NCBI GenBank assembly: GCA_964291265.2
Contig: OZ219747.1
Location: 3,808,001 to 3,872,000 of the forward strand
Length of the DNA stretch: 64,000 nt
Direction of reading: 5' to 3'
From: Alphaproteobacteria bacterium
Lineage (GTDB): Bacteria; Pseudomonadota; Alphaproteobacteria; SP197
Shown here: one piece after another, positions 56,785-64,000 of the stretch
How the letters are laid out: the number at the start of each line of letters is the position of its first letter
Numbering within the stretch: the stretch's first letter is position 1
Made by a program: the position numbers and the translations under genes
The notes under the pieces: model-generated
Told to the model about the DNA's origin: nothing
The model's database searches: none
Seen by the model: the letters and a program-made list of their open reading frames with translations, nothing else

Positions 56785-56960
56785 ATGCGTATCTCAGCTA
56801 TCGCGGCCGTATTGGCCGCCCTGTTCCTCATTTCATGTGGCGGAGGGGGAGGTGGCGGGATGGCCGTTGGGCCTGTTCCTCGGGGGCAGATTCCGCCTAC
56901 GCCTCGTGTTCCTTCACCGGACGCCAGCGATAACCGATACGCCATTCACCCCGGCCTAAC
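56785..56960 (+). pseudogene. Lipoprotein N-terminal part (interrupted by IS1634)
   Basis: MRISAIAAVLAALFLISCGGGGGGG lipobox plus Gly linker; frame rejoins the part at 58911 after IS removal (HPGLT|AADAKR). Confidence 0.8.
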
Positions 56961-58910
56961 CTGAAGTTCCAGAACCGATCAGACGTATCGTTATGAATGT
57001 ATTGACGTTTGAAAAAATCGGGTGTGTCGCTACTGGGAACGCTGCAGGCGTATGCCGAGGTAGTCCAGGGCCTTTTTCTGGAGCGGCGTGGGCCGCGTGG
57101 TGACCTGGAAGGGTTGGGCGCCCGCAAGGCGGGGCGCCACGGTGTTGCGGGTGATGGTCGCGAGATCATCGAGGAGGGTGCGGAAGCTGTGCACCGGATC
57201 ACCCCCGTGTGTCCTCTTGGTTGCCGCCTTGGCCCGGGCGCTCGCCGAGACTTCTGCCGGCGCCACGACGGACGGCCGCCGGGCCTCGGCGCCTTCGGCA
57301 TCCTCGTCGTCGAACAGCATGGGCTTCAGTTTCTGGCGCATGTGCCATTCAACGTAGTAGGCGAGCATGCACAGGAAGACATGGGCGCGGACCCGGGGTT
57401 CGGTGCGGTGGTAGACGGGGCGGACCTTCAGATCCACGGTCTTCAGGTTGCGGAAGGCCCGTTCCACCGAACTCAGCCGCTTGTAGGCGCGCACCGTGCC
57501 GGGACCGTCGAGCTCGCTCTGCGGCAGGCTGGTGCGGATCACGTAGAGGCCGTCGAGCCTGGCCTCGGCGGCGATGGCAGCCTCATCGCGCCCATAGGTG
57601 AAGACACCCTCGTCGTCGATGGACCACGTGAAGTGCTTCGCCATCTTGTACTTGCCGATGACCTTGCCGACCCTCTCCCCGATCTTGTCGGCACCCTTGA
57701 GACGGCGCTTGTCGCGCCGTGTCGCTGCGGCGATCGGTTCAAGCAGGGCCTCGGTGGCCTCGAGCAGTTCCTGGCGCTTGCGGGCCCGGTCCTCGGCCAG
57801 CAGGGGGTTGCGGCAGACCATGAGGCGTTCGCCGGGATACGCATCGCTGGTGATCTCCACCAGGTCCCTCTCGTCGAAGAGCGACATCTCGACGTCGCCG
57901 GCCTCCACAAGGGCGCGGATGGCCGGTCCCCTCAAGGCGCTGATCCAGTCCAGGCCCGCAGGCTTCACCTCCTCGCGTATGCGCGCCTCGGTCAGCATCC
58001 CCCGGTCTCCCACCAGCACCACCTTCGCCAGGGAGAAGCGCTCCTGCAGCGTGGTGATCTGTGATGCCACCGTCCCGGGGTCCGCCGTGTTGCCGGGGAA
58101 CACTTCCACCGACACTGGACAGCCGTCCCGATCGCACAGAAGGCCGAACTCGATCTGCAGCTTGCCCTTCTTGCCATCCCGGGAATGACCCCTCCTTGCC
58201 AGGGGACACGCTCTCCCCTCCATCCATGCCGAGGTCAGGTCATAGAGCACCAGGCAGCCCTCTTCGAGGCGCCGCTTCGCCAGGGACCGCTCGATCCTCT
58301 CCTGACGCTCCAGGAGCCAGTCCATGGCGCCGTAGAGGGCGTCCTCGTCCATCTCCGCATCGAGGACCTCGCCCAGGGTGCTGACCGCCGTGGCCTCGGC
58401 CAGCCCCCTGGCCGTGGCCAGCTTCGAGGCGGGCTCGAGGATGCGTGCCACGATCATGGCCAGGACCTGATCGCGCTCAGGCGAGGGCTTCGGGTCGATC
58501 AGCCTGTCCAGTCCCAGCTTCTTCAGGGTTCCCAGCACTGCGGCGACATGCCCATGGGGTAGGGAGCGGACGATGTCGAAGGCGTCGTCACGACCGACGA
58601 GGGGTTCGTTCTTCAAGAACCGCCGCAGGGTCTCGACCTTTTCCATGGGCCAGGAGGAGAGATTGGCGATGGTGCGCTTCTTGACCTTGCCGTTCTCGCG
58701 CCATCCCTCTCGCAGGAGGACGGCGGGGGGTGAGTTACGGTTGGGGACGATGTCTACGTACATGGCAACGTATATGGGGGCGTAAGCCCACCGTGTCAAG
58801 GGAAAACTTCGCCGTTACATGGGAACATTCTCGCGCCATCATCGCGCTATTTTGCCAACACAATCAACCGGTTATCGTGACTCTGCCGCTGAAATCGTCC
58901 GGAACTTCGG
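56961..58910 (-). mobile_element. IS1634-family insertion sequence, 1950 bp
   Basis: TIR CTGAAGTTCC / GGAACTTCGG; 6-bp TSD CCTAAC at 56955-56960 and 58911-58916. Confidence 0.9.
57030..58763 (-). CDS. IS1634-family transposase
   Basis: MYVDIVPNRNS, VLYDLTS, VGDRGM, YKRLSSVERAFRNLK, RVRAHVFLCMLAY. Confidence 0.93.
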   Translation of the reverse strand: MYVDIVPNRNSPPAVLLREGWRENGKVKKRTIANLSSWPMEKVETLRRFLKNEPLVGRDDAFDIVRSLPHGHVAAVLGTLKKLGLDRLIDPKPSPERDQVLAMIVARILEPASKLATARGLAEATAVSTLGEVLDAEMDEDALYGAMDWLLERQERIERSLAKRRLEEGCLVLYDLTSAWMEGRACPLARRGHSRDGKKGKLQIEFGLLCDRDGCPVSVEVFPGNTADPGTVASQITTLQERFSLAKVVLVGDRGMLTEARIREEVKPAGLDWISALRGPAIRALVEAGDVEMSLFDERDLVEITSDAYPGERLMVCRNPLLAEDRARKRQELLEATEALLEPIAAATRRDKRRLKGADKIGERVGKVIGKYKMAKHFTWSIDDEGVFTYGRDEAAIAAEARLDGLYVIRTSLPQSELDGPGTVRAYKRLSSVERAFRNLKTVDLKVRPVYHRTEPRVRAHVFLCMLAYYVEWHMRQKLKPMLFDDEDAEGAEARRPSVVAPAEVSASARAKAATKRTHGGDPVHSFRTLLDDLATITRNTVAPRLAGAQPFQVTTRPTPLQKKALDYLGIRLQRSQ

Positions 58911-60147
58911 CCTAACGGCAGCGGACGCCAAGCGCTCACCGATTTACCGCACCGGGAACCTGCTGCGGGTCGGCGTCGATCAGGGAGCGGGGCCGGAGGG
59001 GCTGCAAAAGACGACCGTCCCTGGTATCGCGAACGTCGAAATCGGCTACGGGAGACTCGATGACGGCGCGGGCGCCGCGAACCTTCAAGCCTATCTGTCT
59101 TCGGTCTCAGGATATTCCGGCCTGTCCCGGCGTGTGCCCGGCTACGAGGTCCGTGTCATCGGGTCTTCAACGGCGGAAGAGCGCGCCCGCGTCCTGGCGG
59201 CCGTCCAGCTCGTCAACGCCGCGCTCCCTGAAAACGCAAAGCTGAGCGTCGGAGCGCCGCTTACCGATTTCAGCCTCAAGCACACAGTCGATTCCGGCGG
59301 CAAATATTTCGGCGCCGGTCAGGAACTGCCGAACACGATCCATGTCGAGTTCGTCCCAGAAAACGAGTTCCATGGCAGGGACAGGGGGGCCGCAGCAACG
59401 TCATGGGGCGAATACATACTCCTGTCGCGCGGTAGCTTTCAGGCGTATGCCGATGAACGCTCAGCCGTGATCCTGATCGCCCACGAGTTTGTCCATTCGC
59501 TCGGGATAGGCGGACATGTCTCGGACAGCTTCGACACGATCATGGAAGCGAGCAACAGGGTTTATGACTTTGCTCAAGGCGAGCGCCAGCCGGCGTCCCT
59601 GCTGTATCCGATTGACCGGGAGGCGATGCGGGCGCTCTACGGGCGGCTTCTGGATAGTGCCGACCCGCAACAGCTCGGGCCGTGGTCCGGCATGTCCGAA
59701 CACTTGTTCGTCAGCAACGAACATGGCGCTTTCGGCGTTGCCATGCGCAACCGCTATGCCGAACCGTGGGCCTACGGAACCGCCCCGGCCTCCAACTTGG
59801 CATCAAACCGACAACTGTCCGGCGCCGCCGCTTGGACCGGGGTCCTGGTCGGCTTTACGCCAGAGGCGGAGCGCGTAGCGGGCAACGCCGGCATCGCCGT
59901 GAATCTTGCGAGCATGGACGGGACGGCCACATTCACCGATCTGGCAACAATCGAGGACAGCGGGCTGACGGCGCAATGGAAGGACGGCGATCTGCGCTAC
60001 ACCATCGTGGTGCAGGGCAACACGCTTCGGGAGACTGGCGGCGATGCCGGGCGCCTGACCGGGATCTTCGCCGGGCGCTCGCACGAAGCGGTCGGCGGGA
60101 CTTTGGAGCGGGTCGATCTGACGGCGGCGTTTGGAGCCGTCCGGTAG
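58911..60147 (+). pseudogene. C-terminal part of lipoprotein: zinc metalloprotease motif plus C-terminal beta-barrel-like domain
   Basis: HEFVHSLGIGGH (HExxHxxG..H) with a downstream Met (DTIM); C-terminus GRLTGIFAGRSHEAVGGTL..AAFGAVR. Confidence 0.75.
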
Positions 60148-60153
60148 CCGCCA

Positions 60154-60191
60154 GACGCCCCGAGGGTTCCGTTCCTCCCCCTCGGGGCGTC
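60154..60191 (+). terminator. Stem-loop after the lipoprotein gene
   Basis: gacgccccgaggg / ccctcggggcgtc 13-bp stem. Confidence 0.55.
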
Positions 60192-60248
60192 CCCCGTGGT
60201 ACAATGAGGCACGGCTGGCGTGAGCCGCCGAAAACTGGAGATACCGAC

Positions 60249-60371
60249 ATGGACGAGACAGAGAAGCGCCCGCGTGGCCGACCCGTAGAGTATCCGTTGC
60301 CGGAGCCGATCCCGGACACTCCAGAAACATCATGCGCGCGATCCTCGCGACGCCGCCGAAGCGCGAAGATG
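60249..60371 (+). pseudogene. Small hypothetical gene, frameshifted and truncated by an IS end
   Basis: GGAG RBS; MDETEKRPRGRP..PEPIPDTPE then shifted frame IMRAILATPPKRED, cut at GTAAGCG. Confidence 0.5.
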
Positions 60372-60534
60372 GTAAGCGTTCGGTCAAGCGGTGATTGTTG
60401 GTGATATTCACCGGTTGAGGATGCGTTTGGGAGGCGGTTCGCTGTCGGGTCCGAAGACGATGGGCTCGGGCTGGCCCGGCTGGTGCCTGGGTGGCGGCAG
60501 GATGATGAGGCCGTCGTGGTGCATGGCCAGAAAG

Positions 60535-61168
60535 GGGCGTCCTGATCCACGACTGCTGGGCTGCCTACATGGGCTACGATCAGTGCCGCCACCAACTGTG
60601 CGGCAGCCATCTCCTGCGCGAACTGACCTTCGTCGTCGAGTCCAACGGCTACCGCTAGGCGCGACTGATGAAAAGCCTGCTGCGCGAGGTCTCCCGCAGG
60701 GTCAACAAGAGCGCATCCAAGACCTTGAACGAGGCCGACCGCCGGGCCGTGCGCAAGCGCTACCGCACCATCCTCACCCAGGGCGCCAGGGAACTGCCCG
60801 ACATCCCGCCACGGACGATGAGGAAAACGGGGACGCATCGCAAAGTCCGACGCGCACAACCTGCATGAACGTCTCGTGAAACACGAGAAGTCCGTCCTGC
60901 GCTTCATGAAGGACCCCAACGTCAGTTTCACCAACAATACCGGAGAGCAGAAGATCAGGATGACAAAGGTCAAGATCAAGGTGTCCGGATGTTTCCGCAC
61001 CATGCTCCACGCCAAAGCATGGTGCCGAGGCTCAAACTACCTCACCGCCATGGACGCACTCGGCTACAACCCTCTCGTCGCCATCCAGATCGCCCTCGAC
61101 GGAAAGGCCGTAGACATCCTCAACGAGCACTACGGACAACCAGACCCCAACAAGGGGTGAGTAGTTAC
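60535..61168 (+). pseudogene. Truncated second copy of the IS66 element (3' part of transposase plus right TIR)
   Basis: Near-identical to about 9946-10578; TGG>TAG stop near 60656, frameshift near 60820; ends GGGGTGAGTAGTTAC. Confidence 0.92.
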
Positions 61169-61169
61169 A

Positions 61170-61279
61170 ACACAAGGTGCATTCGCGCATGGGTACATTG
61201 TGAGCCTGACGAATCCGACAAATAGCGCAAAATCAACGAGTTGTTGTGAATGTCAGCAGGAATTCGTCCGGAACTTCGG
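61170..61279 (-). mobile_element. Diverged IS1634-like terminal fragment
   Basis: Ends in TCGTCCGGAACTTCGG like 58895-58910; shares catgggNacatt and aatcaac..gtt..gtga blocks with 58818-58880. Confidence 0.6.
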
Positions 61280-61567
61280 CATAATCGAGACCAGGCCGAT
61301 TTACCAGTCCTTTCTCAGACAATAGTCAGCAAGCCCCAAACCAACCAAAATCAGCCATCACCGCACGGCCGAACGCTTACTCTCCACCAGGCCGGCTGCG
61401 CGGCGTTGACTGCCCGTCCGCCCTGCGGTCATGCTTCCGTGGCGCCTGCCGCCGCCAGCGATGCGCAAGCCGTTGCATGGAACAATGTCCCGCAGGCCGC
61501 GGCAGGCACGGGGCCGCGGGGCGTCCGCCCGGTCAAGGGGATGACAGGCAGTCGTGGTGCACGCCTA

Positions 61568-62128
61568 TCAGGGCCAGAGATCGGCCAGGCTGAAGGTGAT
61601 GGCCTCGAAGGGAGGAACGCTGACGGGGTCATCGTCCTTGAGCGAGGCGATCAGCAGCCACTGGCCGTCCCGGAGTTCGAAGGCCTCCAGACCGCTGGCG
61701 AGGGGATCGACGAACCAGAGCCAGGAAACGCCTTCGCGGGCATAGATCGGCCGCTTCTCATGCAGGTCGGTCTTGCGGGTTCCGGGGGAGAGCACTTCGC
61801 AGACCCAGTCCGGCGCGATCGCGAACCAGGCGGTGTCGGGATAGTCGGGCATTCGCTCCCGGCGCCAACCGGCCAGATCGGGCACGAGGACATCGTCGCA
61901 GAGGTGCAGTTCCGGCTCGTCGATGATCCACCAGCCGCCCGGCCCGACGGAGTCGTAATCGAAGGGGCCTCCGATCTTGACGCCGAGCGATGAACCAGCG
62001 CGTGCGTGGCGTGGGGCAGGCCGGGGGTGCGTGTGGAGCGCGCCGTCGATCACCTCGGCGACCATGTGGGCCGGGGCGTTCAGCACGTCCCGGTAACCGG
62101 CGCGGCTTTCCTGTTTCAATGCCTGCAT
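61568..62128 (-). CDS. Uma2 (DUF820) family endonuclease-like protein
   Basis: EPELHL..LVPDLAGWR, APDWVCEVLSPGT, K..YAREGV..W.VDP. Confidence 0.92.
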   Translation of the reverse strand: MQALKQESRAGYRDVLNAPAHMVAEVIDGALHTHPRPAPRHARAGSSLGVKIGGPFDYDSVGPGGWWIIDEPELHLCDDVLVPDLAGWRRERMPDYPDTAWFAIAPDWVCEVLSPGTRKTDLHEKRPIYAREGVSWLWFVDPLASGLEAFELRDGQWLLIASLKDDDPVSVPPFEAITFSLADLWP

Positions 62129-62850
62129 GGGGAGGCGCTCCTTTCCGAAACGAAACTACATGCCGGCGGGACCGGAGTCTTCCCCGGTATCGTGCCGGAC
62201 CTGCGGTCATCCGGTGACCGGACCGGATCAACCGAGGCGTTTGCCATCCCTTGTCAAGGGATCCCGCCATGATAAAATGACTGCAGGCGTTCAACCAAAC
62301 GGTGACGATGATGACAGTGCCAACGACGCATTGCTGCTGGACACGCCTCCATTCGTTCAGTGCTGTCATCACCCCAATCACCGCTTGACCGAACGCTTAG
62401 CCTTTTTCCTGAAGGCTTGAGGAACCCGGCTGCGAACACCGGTACACCGGAACGGGAGCTCGAGGAGCGAGACGGCTGGGTCGTAGCCGGTCTCCGGGCC
62501 CTGCCTGGCACTCGGCACCGAGCCGGATGGGACAGGACCTGCAGCGCTCGCGCCTTCGACCCGCAACCGCTTGGCCGGCCGCAGACGCTCCCGGGACCGG
62601 GTCAGGCGCGAACCGAGACGGTCGAGGTCGACATCCCGCACCGGTACCCAGGACTCGTCCTGCCGTTCAGGGGATGGCGCGTCAGGTGGGGGCGGCGGCG
62701 GTTCGCTGCGGGGGATGTCCGGACAACGAGGGAGGAACAACGTGCCGCACCGGAAGGGAATCACGGAACGTATCGCTCACCATCCCGGAACCGGGCGAAG
62801 TTGGACCACGTACTTCGGCTCAAGGCGCAACCAGTGCGTCGCCTCACAGG

Positions 62851-63177
62851 TCATCGCTCATCCGAGTCGATGATGAAACGGTACCGGGCGAGATCGACGG
62901 TTCCGTGGGCATCCATCGCGATGCCTTCGTGTCTCAGGAGATGTTCCTGCTCGTCGGCGCCGATGGAGCGGCCATGGCTGCGACTCGCCTGACCCCGTGT
63001 GTTGATCACCCGCCACCAGGGAAGCAGTGGATCGCTGCAGCAGGCGAGTGCATAGCCGACCCGGCGAGCGCGGCCCGCACATCCGGCGGCCCGTGCGACA
63101 TCACCATAGGTCATGACCCTGCCCTCGGGAATCCGGCGGACAATGGCGTAGTAGGCATCGTATTCCGTTGATGTCAT
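62851..63177 (-). CDS. Alkyltransferase-like protein (MGMT family, ATL/YbaZ-like)
   Basis: IPEGRVMTYGDVA, ARRVGYAL, PWWRVIN (Trp in place of the catalytic Cys). Confidence 0.88.
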   Translation of the reverse strand: MTSTEYDAYYAIVRRIPEGRVMTYGDVARAAGCAGRARRVGYALACCSDPLLPWWRVINTRGQASRSHGRSIGADEQEHLLRHEGIAMDAHGTVDLARYRFIIDSDER

Positions 63178-63179
63178 GG

Positions 63180-63911
63180 TCAACCGATCCCGGCGAGAAA
63201 GGGAAATGTCTCCAGCAGCCACCAGGCCATGGCCGACACCCAACCCGCCAGCATGGCGATGCCCATGGCAACGAGAGCCCCTCCGGCGATGATCTGCAGA
63301 CGATGACCGAACCGGCCCAGTCCTCCCATGTGGCGCACAAGGACACCGGTAAAGAGGGCGGCGCCAAGGAACGGCAGTCCCAGTCCGAGAGCATAGACGG
63401 CCAGCAGGGCGACGCCGCCGGCGGTCGTCGTCTTGGTGGCGGCGATGGCAAGGATGCTCCCGAGGACCGGCCCGATGCACGGGGTCCAACCAAAACCGAA
63501 CGCGACGCCAAGGACATAAGCCGCCCCTGCCCTGCCATTGCCCAAGGCCGGATGAAACCTGAAATCGCGCTGCAGGAACGGCAGGCGCACCATACCCATC
63601 ATCAACAGGCCGAAGAGGATGACGATGACGGCCGCAATGTCGACGAGAAGGACGCTGTGGCGCAGGACAAGGGCGCCGGCAGCGGTCGCACCGGCTCCCA
63701 ACAGCACGAACACGCTCGAGAAGCCGAGAACGAACATGAGACTGGCTGCCATGATTGCCGGTCTGCGGTTCTCCCGTTGCGCGAGATCGTCGACAGAGAC
63801 GCCGGCGACATAGGAGACATAGGCCGGTACCAGGGGAAGAACGCAGGGTGACAGGAACGACACGATACCGGCGGCAAGGGCGACCGCCAGCTCTACCCCG
63901 TGGATCTCCAT
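63180..63911 (-). CDS. ccdA: Cytochrome c biogenesis protein CcdA
   Basis: SFLSPCVLPLVPAY and FGWTPCIGPVLG. Confidence 0.93.
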   Translation of the reverse strand: MEIHGVELAVALAAGIVSFLSPCVLPLVPAYVSYVAGVSVDDLAQRENRRPAIMAASLMFVLGFSSVFVLLGAGATAAGALVLRHSVLLVDIAAVIVILFGLLMMGMVRLPFLQRDFRFHPALGNGRAGAAYVLGVAFGFGWTPCIGPVLGSILAIAATKTTTAGGVALLAVYALGLGLPFLGAALFTGVLVRHMGGLGRFGHRLQIIAGGALVAMGIAMLAGWVSAMAWWLLETFPFLAGIG

Positions 63912-64000
63912 CAGGGTGCGTCGGCCACCGCGGCTTCAACGAGAGGCATGATCACGGCCAGCGCCTCGTCTGTGTCCCACTGCGCTTCGCCGACCAGTTG
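63911..64000 (-). CDS. TlpA-like thioredoxin, C-terminal end (partial)
   Basis: QLVGEAQWDTDEALA..; directly upstream of ccdA. Confidence 0.55.
   Translation of the reverse strand, partial: QLVGEAQWDTDEALAVIMPLVEAAVADAP

Larger units (their letters stand above)
60372..61380. mobile_element. Composite IS remnant bounded by GTAAGCGTTCGG inverted ends, with nested IS66 and IS1634-like pieces
   Basis: Inverted ends at 60372-60396 and 61356-61380; minus-strand fragment LAMHHDGLIILPPP..IVFGPDSEPP (DUF4338-like, from memory); no matching TSD. Confidence 0.55.

Noticed and set aside
56629-62400. 25-bp motif copies as CRISPR repeats or integron attC sites
   Set aside because: Kilobase and irregular spacing, mixed orientation, no attC palindrome and no integron integrase
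62400-62850. ORFs between the last GTAAGCG-type end and the ATL gene
   Set aside because: Low-complexity Pro/Arg-rich translations with no RBS or family motif

Overview
GC-rich bacterial chromosome segment, probably alphaproteobacterial (judged from fabI-aroC, pdxH, ccr, the 17-kDa-antigen lipoprotein and a PodJ-like Sel1 protein). It has three zones. (1) About 1.4-19.8 kb is a defence/mobile island. It opens with a decayed tyrosine-integrase remnant, followed by a type I R-M operon: hsdM, a small ORF, a HEPN toxin-like gene, a nucleotidyltransferase::HsdS fusion, a Schlafen/AlbA_2-HATPase gene, and hsdR. The Schlafen gene is split by a 2456-bp IS66-family element that carries its own Dam-like methyltransferase. 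The island ends with a ~4.97-kb IS21-family element carrying a Zn-finger ORF, a TOPRIM primase-like gene and a small ORF. (2) About 19.9-56.6 kb is mostly housekeeping and catabolic genes: aroC, fabI, pdxH, USP, SDR, an ATPase + DUF4276-like pair, LysR with HpaB-like/RidA/DUF1028, aminotransferases, MATE, ccr, a sugar-acid ABC operon with an ApnL-like gene, zwf, alkA-like, Sel1, OCD, OMT, AI-2E and a peptide SBP. (3) About 56.6-62.4 kb is an IS graveyard: IS1634 inside a metalloprotease lipoprotein, a truncated second IS66 copy and orphan IS ends. It is followed by Uma2, ATL, ccdA and a partial TlpA. Best novelty candidates are the HEPN/MNT-HsdS guarded type I R-M locus, the primase-carrying IS21 element and the methyltransferase-carrying IS66. 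All family calls come from recognising motifs by eye; no database searches were run.
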